64,000 nucleotides of DNA, taken from assembly GCF_006345805.1 (NCBI RefSeq), contig NC_042999.1, forward strand, positions 89,094,001 to 89,158,000, given 5' to 3'. The notes beneath the pieces were generated by a model that searched no databases, was not told where the DNA came from, and saw only the letters and a list, made by a program, of their open reading frames with translations. How positions within the stretch are numbered: the stretch's first letter is position 1; every line of letters begins with the position of its first letter. Position numbers and translations under genes: made by a program. Shown here piece after piece: positions 51,765-64,000 of the stretch. Source of the DNA: Octopus sinensis. Lineage: Eukaryota.

Positions 51765-52080
51765 TGTATGATAAGAAGCTTGTTTCCCAACCACAGGTTC
51801 AGTCTCATTGGTCGGCACATTCGACAGGTGTCTTCTACTGTAGCCCCAGATAGACTAAAGCCTTGTGAGTGGGTTTGATGGACGAAAACTGTGGAAACCC
51901 GTAGTATTTATGTATGTATACACACACACACGCAGAATACAAGAGACCTATAGAATAAGTGCCAAGCTTTAAAAAGTAAGAAGTATGGGCGATTTGTTCG
52001 GCTAAAACCCTTGAAGGCAATGTCTCAGCATGGTAGCAGTCCAATAACTGAAACAAGTAGAATATAAACAATAAAAGCTA
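51765..52080 (+). mobile_element. SINE family A, diverged
   Basis: GTGTCTTCTACTGTAGCC..AAAGCCTTGTGAGTGG..CAGCATGG..ACTGAAACAAGTA. Confidence 0.75.
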
Positions 52081-55000
52081 CAAAGATCCTTTAACGTTTC
52101 AGACATTGATTCTTCGGCAGAAGAAAATTAAAGGAGTGTCAAAGAGGAAAAATAGCTGCGAGGAAAGAGAAAATATCTGGTGTAGGGTTAGGTATAGGGG
52201 TCAGATGGGAATACGGTTCAATGGGGGGAGTTGGACAGGAGGAAGGAGCGGTAGGCTGTACCTATGAGAGTATATCCATGTTTTGAGATAGGTGTATGGG
52301 GAAGTGCTGTGTACGGTTTTATGGCACTATATTTGTGGAGAAATGTACAACTCACAGGTTTATAATAGAAGGCACTTGTCTGAGGTACTACATAATAGGA
52401 TTGAAGCCGTAGCGATGTAATTCCAAATGGAGCTTCTTAAAGATAAACTATATTCACTTTAGTAAAAGTATGTCATCCATGTGAATAATTTGCGAATGAA
52501 AGCAATTCCTGTATGGAATACATTGGCTTGCTTCATTGTTGAGTTATTTTATTTTCGAACCAAAAAGTTGACGTTTAGAAGGTCGATGGATCTGCTAAAA
52601 TAACAGCTACAACCGTTTTTAAATTTCACTTAAATAGCTTCAAATTTGTAGAACACGTACATATTTAGGAAAATGTAGCCCTACGTACACTATAACTTAC
52701 GAAAAATCATAATTCTAAAATGACCGGATGATAACAGCTAAAATACCCTTTAAAAACACAGCCTTGTTAGTCAGAGCCAACCTGTTTATTAAATATAACA
52801 ACACTTCATAGTAGTATTAATATCAAAACTTTGCGAATACAGAGTAGCTTGAATGGATTCCACATGGCCCATACACCGACAACTTGTTCAAACATACACA
52901 CACACACACACCACACACACACACACACTCACATACACGCACACACACATAGGCTCAAACACACACACATACACGCACACAGAGGCTCACACACACACAC
53001 ATACACGCATATACACGCACGCACACAGAGGCTCACACACGCACACACATGAATACACACACATATATGCATATAAGTGTATATATTTTCATGAATATTG
53101 AGATAAATATGTGTCGGTGCGCGCGCGCGTGGGTGCACGCGTGGGTGCGTGTGTGTGTGTTCTGAAACGGTTTAGCTTTAGGCTAAAACTACTTCAAAAC
53201 TTTGCCTTCTCACACAAAGTAATTGATACTCTAACCTATACCTACGTAGTGCGTATTTCACTTCCAAATTTAAAACAATTTGTGCGTAACTTTGTGCACG
53301 TGTTGTGTACGTATAAGTGTGTGTGTGTGTTGTTACTATGTGTGACTATTACGTACCGTTATTACATTTATTAATGTGTTTATTCTTTAATATATTTCTA
53401 TTGACCTGTGCCCCTAGAGCATGTTCATGTCGCTAGAGGTAATAAACTATGCCCGGCCCACACGCGCTTCCCGCCTGTTTGTTGTGATATACAAACGTCA
53501 AATACTATTCTTGTTCTCGCTGTATTGGTGCTTATGGGTTTTGTACAAGCTATGTTGGTGGCTGACAATTAGGGGCCCATCTTCCCAGCAGTTACATAAT
53601 TAGACAAGACAAACAAGATAAAAGCGTTGAAACGTGGGGGAAGGATTTGCTCATTTAATTTTTCAGTTTGCACTAGTTAAGTACGCATACATATACGTAT
53701 ACAAGAGTATAAACATAGAGATAAACACACGCATACAGATTTACACATACACACGCAGACTCACACATTCTGAACGTACAAGCAGTAGCTTTCTTCTCCC
53801 TGTGAATTGTATATGTGTAAATACAAACATAATGACATGTTATCATCTAATGTCGTGCAGAGTCAAGAGACGAAAGCTTGGCTCGTTGTTAGATGATGGT
53901 TGACATATAACGTGTATGCTCGAATAGTCCTCGCAGCGGTTCATTGCGACACATGTCGAGACAGTTAGCGCCTGCCGTCCCCACCGTTTGTTTACTTAAC
54001 AAGACAAATTCATATCTTTGAATATACATTTTTTAAAGTGTATGTGTAAATACCAATTTAAATCCAGTTTTCTCTGCCTGCATCTGTTATTATTTGTCTC
54101 TTACTTTATTTGACTATATTTTCATTACATTTCATTTTCTCGGTACAGACTATTGGCTGTCGACTTTTAGCTTATGAAATGATGGCTCCTATCCTTTTTG
54201 GGGGCAGGTGTTTTACGGTTGGATGCACCCTTCTTAACGCTAATCAGCTGGGTCAGTAACTATTTTTCCAAATAGGGAAATTCAGTAATGCGCTTACCCT
54301 AGAACATTTACACATATCCCGAGGTGAAATTTAAGCCCTTCATCCAGAAGCCTTAGTTCTAACATTTAAATATCCAGCCAGAGCTTTTATACTCTAGACC
54401 ATCATACTAATAAAAAAAAGAGAGGCGGTGGTTTGTCATTTTGTTTTAATAAGTTAATTTCAGCACTAATTTCTTTAAGTTGCAGAATGTATTTCAGAAA
54501 CGTGAAGATGAAAAGGATCAAATTTAAACCAATGAACCATCGTAATTTTAAAATGTTTGTTCTGATCGATCAGACATATGATCAATGGCATTCTAGTTGT
54601 GACCATACCAACTGCTTAAGTATAGGGTGTGTAGGATAACATTATCCATTTTTATTTATTTATTTATTTTTTTTTTTTAAAGAATTGGAAAAATTGGTTA
54701 CGATTCGACCAACCGCTTAGAGGCTCCTTCGCTGGCTCCAAAATGTTAAATGTGCATTAATTAATGAATTAGTATGGTTTACTAATACGCAGTGAAATAA
54801 TTTTATGGGTCAAATAGGAAGAAATACGTTAATAATTTTAAGAGACACTCCTAATTAAAAAGGGTAACATTACTTCAAGTGTTGTTGACTGATTTTTCGC
54901 GATTTTATTTTTTAAACTGTTGACGTCAATTTACTAATCTCATTCTATTAAATGTCTTAACTAACAGATTAGAATCCCGTAATAACAATTTCTCTTTTAT

Positions 55001-55587
55001 AAGTGAGTAATGAATAAAATCTAACGTTTGAAGAGCAATGTATGAACAAATCTACCTATCATACGAGAGCTGCCAATCCTCTTCTGGCTAAGTTATTTAA
55101 AAATGCATCTTGGTGCTGTACAGCAATCCCTGTTTGCATCAAACTCTGTTTACAATAGTGGTTGCGAACAGCTCAGCACATGTCAGCAGTTGGCGTTGGC
55201 AGTGCTAGTTATTAGCTTCAAAAACATCAAAACGAACGCACGAGACTTCCTTCCTTACTATTCATCAATACTACTCAGTTCAAATTACCATACTTTCTGC
55301 AAATGTTAGTCTTAAAACAATTTTAATCAAAGAAGCGTGCTGGCCATGGTTGAATGAAGTGTCTAGGGAGAACTTGAATGTATACACTTTTGTTGTGGGA
55401 AATCACTAATAAGAGATTTGCGGAGATTATCCAGATGGCATGAATATACAGGGTTAATATTTTCAAAATCTTCACGACTCTAACGTTACGGGTTCTTGCA
55501 AATTTTTTACATAACATTTTCTATGACAGTGGTGGCAAGGAAATCTCTGCAATCAAACACACACGCGCACACGCACGCACACACACA

Positions 55588-55618
<31 letters not shown>

Positions 55619-55701
55619 CACACCACACCTTAGTTCAATTGTAGTGGACAGCTAACACCGCAGTACATCTCCAGCGTTAGATGCTGTGCGAAGGCAATGA
55701 C

Positions 55702-55704
<3 letters not shown>

Positions 55705-55753
<49 letters not shown>

Positions 55754-55782
55754 TAATAATAATGATAATAATAATAATAATA

Positions 55783-55833
<51 letters not shown>

Positions 55834-55870
55834 TAATAATAGTGATAACAATAATAATAACAAAATATAG
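55705..55870. repeat. (AAT)n microsatellite
   Basis: Seen directly in the sequence. Confidence 0.95.
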
Positions 55871-56335
55871 TATAAAAATAATATATATATATATTATAAA
55901 CATAAGATGCATATATAGGGTAGCGAATATTCGTTATAAATATCATCACCAGTGGCCTAGCATAGTCAATAGACAACATATTCATATTTTAAAATAGTGC
56001 ACATTAAACACTAAAGAAAACTACCCTTTAACAGGTAATTTTTACATGCTAGAAATAGCAGCCAACACGGCCAAAACCACGATTTAATAGCAATTTTCGA
56101 AATAAATGAAAAAAATTTTACTTTGTTATTTTTATTAGCGGTTATACCATGGTTTCGAATTTCTTTAGCAAATAAGATTATTTGCCATCCTTTAATAGGA
56201 AATTTAGCAAAACAATATTATCCACCAGGCGAATTCTCGTCAGTAACCGGCCTCAATAACTAACTTATAATTCAGATACAAGATAACACGCGTCCCGTGT
56301 TATATATATATATATATATATATAAGTATTATATG

Positions 56336-56372
<37 letters not shown>

Positions 56373-56739
56373 TGTATGTATGTATGTATGTATGTATTTT
56401 TGTATGTATGTACGTATGTGTGAAGAGAGAGAGAGAGAGAGAGAGGGAGAAATACGAATATACATATAGTTATATTGGTATTGATATATAGGTATGTGCG
56501 TATTTGTGTGTATAGTTCTTATTGAACTTTGAAGTTACTGTGAGCCTTTTCCTTTTAAAAATTTCATCTATATGTGTGTGCGCGTGTACGTAAGCATTTA
56601 TACATGCATCTATACAAGTATAGATACATATATACATATTCATTTCTATACGACAGACGATGCGGAAGAAAGAGAAAAAGATGATTTTTATGAATAACTA
56701 CAGGATGCGATCAATAACATATCACTCTTTGACATCAAG

Positions 56740-57475
56740 TTGGATGTGGAAAACTGGAATGCTCAGCTAGATTCCAACTGGATTGACGTAGAGCAAGTAC
56801 AAAAGCCGCATGCAAGGGGAACCAATATAACTGAAAATGGAGAGTGCTCTTTGTTATTCTGCAGTATGAACGATTGACAACACCTTCCCGCACCCAGCCA
56901 TCCACAAAAAACCTGGCTGTCTCCAGATGGAAAACCACCAGCGAAATCGACTATGTATGCATAAGTCGGCGCTGGCGATCTTCACTTCGAGACGTAAAGG
57001 CGCGAAGGGAAGCTGATATTGGGTCTGATCATCACCTATTAACAGCTGTGGTACAGATCCGGTTAAAGAAAAGTTGTAAACTAAGAGGTGAAAAACCATT
57101 TGCAATAGATAAGCTAAAAGACCCCATAGTGATCAGAAAATATCAGCAAGAAATCGTCTAACATTTTCAAGACCATGTCACCATTGTAGTTAACCGTGCA
57201 ACAGACCGGATATTTGGAAGAGCAATGGAATATGTTTAAAAGTGTTTTAACCCAAAGAGCAAAGACCATAATCGGACAGAGAAAAAAGACAGTCACACCG
57301 GGAAAGATGTGACAGCAAGAAGAAAAAGAAAAGAAGGATCCAAACGTAAACAGAAAAAAGTGAGAAAAGCAACAGAAGAGCAGTATCGAGTGGCAGATAG
57401 GCAGATGAAGAGAGGATGCAGGAGAGACAGAAGAAGACGGTTGTAAGGAAGTATTAAAGAAGCTCAGGAGGCAAA
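56740..57475 (+). mobile_element. RTE-clade LINE fragment (AP-endonuclease C-terminus and linker)
   Basis: NTFPHPAIHK-TWLSPDGK-TTSEIDYVCISRRWRSSLRDVKARREADIGSDHHLL across frameshifts. Confidence 0.88.
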
Positions 57476-57477
57476 AA

Positions 57478-59270
57478 TACTCTCAAGTTTTACTGGTCCC
57501 AATCCTGAATTATACGGTCATTATATTGACGACTGTATCGGTGCGACCTGACTCTCTCGCGAACATCTAGACTTTCTACTCTCTTTTGTCAAATCTTTCC
57601 ATCCTGCCCTCCACTTCTCCTGCACTATTTCCGACACCTCAGTTGCCTTTCTCGACATTTCAGTCAGCATTCATCACTCCACTCTTACCACCTCCATCCA
57701 CTACAAACACACAGACTCACACTCATACCTCAACTTAAACACACCAAGCTCTCTATCCCCTATTCCCAATTCCCAATTCCTCCGCCTACGTAGGCTCTGC
57801 AGTGACAACCATGACTTTGAGACTCAGTCGCAACTCATGGCTCGCCACTTCATCCTACGTAGATATCCTCTCACCACTATCCACACCACCCTTGCCAGTG
57901 CTTCTGCTCTTCCCCCACACCTGCCCCGCCGTCACTCGTCTCCCGTTTTCCTTCACCTACCACCCCACCACCCTGCCTCTCCAACGCACCATTCTCCGAG
58001 CCTTCCGTATCTCCAGTCCGACCCCTCCACTTCGTATATCTTCCCTAACAAACACCTCCCCACCTTCAAAAGAGCACAAAACCTGCGGGAATTCTTGGTC
58101 CACAGCTTCTTTCCCAACCCAACCTTCCAATTCGACTCGTTCTCTTGCTCCCGCCCACGCTGCCGCACTTGCCCGTACCTCTCCATCACCATCTTCCTCA
58201 CAGGCACCCATCATCGAACCTATCATATCACTGACTCCTTCACCTACACTTCTAGCAACGTCATCTACTGCATCTTCTGCTCTCTCTGTCCTCTATACAT
58301 CGGTTAAACGGGACGCCGCTTGGCTGACCGGTTCGCGGAACACCTCCGAGACATCAGACTCGGCAACGGTAACCCGGTCTCGCACCATTTCCGCTCTACC
58401 GGTCACTCTTTACAACTGTCTGTGTTCGGATTGTCCTTGCACAGGGACCATCCGGACTCCCGTCTTCGCTGTGAGGAGGGATTAATCTTCTCACTTCGCT
58501 CCTTTGCGCTACATGGGCTCAACTCTCCTCTTCTCTTCATCTAACCCTCCCCCTCTCTTCTCTCTTCCTCTCACACCTACTTCCTCCCACCCACCTCTCT
58601 AGCTCTGGCATCTACTTCCTCTCTTCTTTCCACCCTCTCCCTTCCACCCTCTCCCTTCATCGTCACCCCCTCGTTACCCCACCGCTACACATTCTAACTC
58701 CACCATCCCTATACATCCCGTCTCACACCCACCCCATCCCTTAAACCCCACCCTTGCTTCCCCACTCTCGTCTCCCCTCACCCCAATACCACCACACCAC
58801 ACACCACACCACCATACCACACTACACCACATCACACTACCCCTCACACATTAGCACTGACCACTTCCCAGCACCCACACCAGCGCACACACTAGCACTG
58901 ACCACTTCCCAGCAGCTACACCATCATCCACACATGCACACACGCACGTCAAGGTCCCCAGCCTCCTTCCACATGCACATACACACTCTCACATACACAT
59001 GTACCTTCATTTTGGGATCACCACTACATTATTATCTCCCCTTCTTCTTAGCTCTCCTGTGTGATTTCTCTATCCGGCATTCGCCATGTTAGATCACTAG
59101 CCACTAAACTTTTTTCTATTTTCTCTCCATGTTTATTTCTGTTCCTTTCTGTCGTAGAGCATAGGCTTGAAACGTAAAAGACTTGCTCACTTCCCGAGCA
59201 TTAAACTAATACATCTGTTTTTTGTTTACACACCTGTCTTCGTCTTTTGTTTTTTGTAAATTCTCACTAT
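57478..59270 (+). mobile_element. 5'-truncated Penelope-like element (RT C-terminal half, GIY-YIG, C-rich 3' region, terminal repeat with hammerhead)
   Basis: HYIDDCIG, FLDISV, YKHTDSHSYL, SIPYSQFLRLRRLCS, CSRPRCRTC, SSNVIYCIFC..LYIG*TGRRLADRFAEH, HHF..GHS, EEGLIFSL..GLN. Stops and frameshifts present. Confidence 0.93.
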
Positions 59271-59784
59271 ATATTCATATATATATGCATATATAAAAGG
59301 TGTGTGTGCGTGTGTGTAAACACACACACACACACGTACACACAGACACACACGCACACACACGCACACACAAACACACACATATATGCGAAATGATGCT
59401 TCCACACACACAAATTTAGATAAATATTTATTTCAAATTTATAACTCAAAGTATTTTCGTAGGTTACATATAAATCCACCTGTACCTGAAAGCCACGCCC
59501 ATCTATGAGACCAGAAATTTTAATTATTTAATTCTCGTTATTGTATCTAATTCTCAAATCGAAATATAACTATATTCTGTCATTATATAACTATATTCTG
59601 TACTCCCATACACGCACATACAGACACATGCACACTTACACTTACACACACACGCACACATACACACACACACGCACACATACACACATGCGCACACATA
59701 CATATATGTGAGTAATTCGTTTGCAGTAGTTCTAAAAAGGTTGTCTATATACAGCACGAATAGTCGATACTCTGTAGAAAAACC

Positions 59785-60095
59785 CTGTATAGCCTCGTGG
59801 ATGCATTTTCTATCTCATCACCACCAGATACTAAAAGAGGTCATTCCGACTGACTAGAAAGCGTTGCTTCCTTTATCAGAATTCAATAAATATTATTTAC
59901 TGAGCGCATACAGACCGCCTTCATTGCTTCACTCACCTGTCCACGTATTTGTTCCGGCCCTAGCGGCCAAAGTGCGATATCAATAAATACTATTTTCTGA
60001 TTTCTGATAAAGGAAGCAAAGCTTTCCAATCAGCTCAGGATTGCCTCTCTTGGTATCTGGTGCTAAGGATAAGTAAAGGGTTCACAATGTCTATA
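59785..60095. mobile_element. Old fold-back/MITE-like element (arms about 59785-59920 / 59962-60095)
   Basis: CACCAGATAC..GAAAGC.TTGCTTCCTTTATCAGAA.TCA..AAATA.TATTT is mirrored on the other arm; roughly 70-80% by eye. Confidence 0.75.
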
Positions 60096-60624
60096 TCTGT
60101 CCGATCTTTCTTTCTTTGCTTGACTGCCAGTCGCGAAACATCTCTTATATTCATGTCTCTTAACTTTCATCTCTTATGTTTACCTATGTTCCTGCCTCAA
60201 GATTTTCTACACACGCCAGCTGAACTTGATTCGCCCTTATTAGTCGAAACACACCTATTGCTATTGTCTTGTTGTTTGCATTTATCATTGTGTAACATGT
60301 TCTCCATTTTTTTTTTTTGGTCATATACATTCGCTTTCTTTCTCACCCCAAAATTAATGCTCTTAGCTTAGATATTTGGGGGCAGCCAGATTTGAACAGT
60401 CTTAATTGTAACTGCCCGAAACTGAAAAGATAATTTGGAACTTAACTGATGAGAGGAGTTTGCGAATGACCCGTCCTTGTTTTTTCCTGTCCCTCTTTTT
60501 ATTGCTTTTCTTGTCCGTTTTCGCATTGTCTATTTTCTTGGATGTTTTATTGTCGTCTGTTGCGTTCTTGTTCCAGTTTTATGATTTTCGTGTATGTGTG
60601 TCCGCTGATTCATATTTGAATATA

Positions 60625-60850
60625 TATTTGTAATATAATATGCGACAAGTATTCGGTTGGCATAATAAAACTCCGAGTTTCGGATGTCGGCGCGGAAATG
60701 TGCCCCGGTATCACTTCAGGCATCGAGGCAATTAAAATATTTTAATTACCTCGATAACTGAAGAGATGCCGGTGCACGTATTCGCGCCGACATCCGAACT
60801 CGGAGTTTATTATGGCAACCGAATAATTGTCACATATTATATTACAAATA
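60625..60850. repeat. Zero-spacer palindrome (114/112-bp arms) with a hammerhead-like motif in each arm
   Basis: Centre AATTAAAAT|ATTTTAATT at 60738/60739; arms about 88% identical by eye. Confidence 0.92.
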
Positions 60851-60911
60851 AATTCCTCTCTTTACATAATATCGAGGTCTCTTTCATTCTTTTGCTATCT
60901 TACCATTACTA

Positions 60912-60986
<75 letters not shown>

Positions 60987-61222
60987 ATGTGTATAGGTAT
61001 GTGTTTTACCAGTTCGTGGACAGGCTGCCATTATAGGCGTAAGAATATATTCTCAACAATTTGTCTGGTGTTAAAACATCTGGAAGCCATAAACAAGAGA
61101 GATAACTCGCATCAGGTCCCATTACAGGAGCGATAGACATTAATGCTTCCTCATTTTTGTGACTTGTCATGTATATTTATGTATACATATATGTATGTAT
61201 ATCTATATATATGAATATATGT

Positions 61223-61357
<135 letters not shown>

Positions 61358-62209
61358 TATATGAATATTTGTGTAATATTATGTATGTATGTATGTAAAG
61401 GTAACACAGCATTTACCTAATAGAGTCCCAAACAAACATTTCACCATTTCACTGTGTGCATTCCTCTAACAACTTTGGACTCAGGTAACAAAATCATAAG
61501 CTATCAAAAACAAAAATATGCTACTATGTTGTGTACGAACGAGAGGTATACACCTCGGTATCTGAGAATCTTCCAGAACTTAGATGATGGATGAGCTACT
61601 GTGAACCAGGAAACATTTCTTTATAGCAGTCATTGCTTATAGACTGGCGACTCGATGTCTGAAACTATTCGGAAGCTAAGAGGGCAGATCGTAACCGTAT
61701 GCATATATGTAAGCTGTAGTGTAGGTGTTTTTGAATGTATGTATGTATATGTTTGCATGTGTGTGTATGAATGTGTATGTGTGTGCATGTGTGTGTACGC
61801 GTGTTCAAATAAGTGAATGCCAGCAAAAGTAAGTCGTATGTCGATTTCAATAAGGGCCGCCCTCTCAGACTTGTCTTTTGGCACTCGGCCACACACTACA
61901 ATCGGCTATGAACCACGATATCCTACTGTGACAACTTCCAACGGGAAGAAGAAAAGAGAGAAATAGAGAAATTTCAAAAACTTATAAATCTGGAGCCAAA
62001 CACATTTATATGTTTGATTTATTGTTGATTTTGCTATTTTACTATTTGCTCTTGTTACACTTGCTCTTGTTTACTGCAGCCATCACAAGCACCACTACAA
62101 CCACCATCAACACCATTATAACAACTACTACTACGACTACGGCAGCGACATTCGTTGTGGCTGCCGCTGGTGATGATGATCTTATTGTTTAAAGTGTGTG
62201 CGTGCGTGC

Positions 62210-62268
<59 letters not shown>

Positions 62269-62404
62269 TGTGTGTGTGTCATAGTGCATGTTCAAACATT
62301 TAGAGCAGTTTAGACATTCAGAAGGAACAAGAAGTCGACTGAGCCTCACAGCAATGTTAACGTACACAGAGTAAACTCGTTCTTTAACCGTGTATTATGT
62401 AAGA

Positions 62405-62812
62405 AATTACCTATTTCTTTATTGCCCACAAGGGGCTAAATACAGAGAGGACAAACAAGGACAGACAAACGGATTAAATCGATTACAACGACCCCAGTGC
62501 GTAACTGGTACTTAATCTATCGACCTCGAAAGGATGAAAGGCAAAGTCTACCTCGGCGGAATTTGAACTCAAAACGTAACGGCAGACGAAATACCTATTT
62601 CATTACTACCCACAAGGGGCTAAACACAGAGGGGACAAACAAGGACAGACACCCGGATTAAGTCGATTATATCGACCCCAGTGCGTAACTGGTACTTATT
62701 AAATCGATCCCGAAAGGATGAAAGACAAAGTCGACCTCGGCTGAATTTGAACTCAGAACGTAACGGCAGACGAAATACCGCGTGCTAACGTTTCTGCCAG
62801 CTCGCCGCCTTA
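62405..62812 (-). mobile_element. SINE family B, dimeric
   Basis: Reverse complement of the 34437-34845 architecture; head ends GCCAGCTCGCCGCC. Confidence 0.88.
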
Positions 62813-62829
62813 TATTATGTAAGAAATTA

Positions 62830-63150
62830 CCGTCATCATCAACATCATCTCATCGTTCAGCGTTGTCCGAGCATCCTTGTTTTGTTAGGCATGCTCAAAT
62901 TATCACCACATTTATTCCATTTGAGATGGAGAGTGCTTTCCGTAGTATATGTGCTGTACCCACCAAGGTTATCTTTTGTAGTTCACCGAGATTGGAGTTA
63001 CCAGGGAGTTGTTTAATATACTTCTCAGATCCCTTTTTATCATTCCCAACCCACTAATTACCACTGGTATTATCATTGTACTCAGCTTCCACATTTCTAT
63101 AATTTCAGTTTGCAGATCTTTATAGTGAGAAAGCTTTTTGTATTCCTTTC
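62830..63150 (-). mobile_element. R4/Dong-type 3' end with (ATG)n-like tail
   Basis: YKDLQTEIIEMWKLSTMIIPVVISGLGMIK on the minus strand. Confidence 0.75.
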
Positions 63151-63164
63151 TTGAGACATTTTGA

Positions 63165-64000
63165 TCTTGTGGCTGTTTGGGCAGGGTGATGGGTCGACTA
63201 CGGTAGCGGACTTTACGTTGTACCTGGACGGCCTACCACGGCTCTCGGTAATGGTCGTGAAATTCTGCGAAAAACCGATTATTACAGCCACTGAAATACG
63301 GGAGGCGATGAGCGATTGCACAAGTCGCAAATCGCCCGGTTTGGATAGTCTACCATACGAATTCTATGTATTCAGGCTAGATTTGTTGGTAGCCTCCCGG
63401 CAGACGTCTACAGTAACTGGCAGCAGAAAGTCAGAATTCCTAGTGCTATTAGCCGGGATATGGTAATATTGCTGAGAAAGGATGCCGACAATGAAGACGT
63501 ACTAGGGAATTTTCGACCCATAACTCTGCTAAACACAGAGTTTCAGATTTTGGCCAAGGTGTTAGCGAAAAGTTTGACACTTGACGTCGGTAGTCTGGTC
63601 GGGGAGGCAAAAACGTGCGCAATGCCGAGCAGGTCTATCCACAACCTCCACCCTATGCGATACATTGTAGAAAGAGCTGGGGCTAACGCTGACTTCGGTG
63701 GAGCCCTGATCAATTTAGATCAGTTGAAAGCTTTCGATAGGGTCGACCATCGCTTCTTGGAAGCCGTTCTTAAATTAGCCGGTTTCGGGCCCGTTTTCCG
63801 AGGCTGGATTACTGCAATGCCCAGTGGTACTTGTTCGGTGGTCAAAGTTAATGACCACCTATCGGAACCGTTTAGTATCGCATGTTCGGTCCATCGGGGC
63901 TGATCGCTGTCACCTCTTCTGTATGCCCTGGCTCTCGAACCACTACTGCAGAAGTTGGATCAGTTAAAAGGCCTCCCTTTCGAAATTGGACTCGGGAGGG
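63165..64000 (+). mobile_element. Tx1/L1-clade LINE RT fragment running off the window end
   Basis: KSPGLDSLPYEFY, NFRPITLLNTEFQILAKVLA, LDQLKAFDRVDH, SVHRG*SLSPLLYALALEPLL. Confidence 0.92.

Noticed and set aside
60425-60460. CTGATGA..GAAT..GTC hammerhead-like string upstream of the palindrome
   Set aside because: Neither helix I nor helix II pairs convincingly.

Overview
Eukaryotic, AT-rich, microsatellite-saturated non-coding DNA. The SINE families and the (TA)n/(CA)n/(TATC)n/(AAT)n load point to a cephalopod, most likely Octopus; this is inferred from repeat recognition, not a database hit. No host gene can be called with confidence, and almost all long ORFs in the supplied track are microsatellite artefacts (YI/HT/CV/LSIY repeats). 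The recognisable content is decayed mobile DNA: a 2.9-kb hAT (Buster/Charlie-type) transposon with TIRs and a perfect 8-bp TSD, three mariner remnants, a non-autonomous Helitron, and Penelope-like elements (PLEs; RT and GIY-YIG). It also holds R4/Dong-type, Tx1/L1-type, RTE and CR1-type LINE fragments, plus about four SINE families. The most interesting signal, invisible to the ORF track, is a set of hammerhead-ribozyme (HHR)-like motifs at about 823, 7890, 8240, 18073, 23568, 30258, 36995, 59145 and 60660/60753. Several sit inside head-to-head fold-back structures of decreasing size (7166-8057, 17920-18318, and a zero-spacer palindrome at 60625-60850). Two copies share a non-canonical 8-nt core. 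All RNA structures were paired by eye and are untested.
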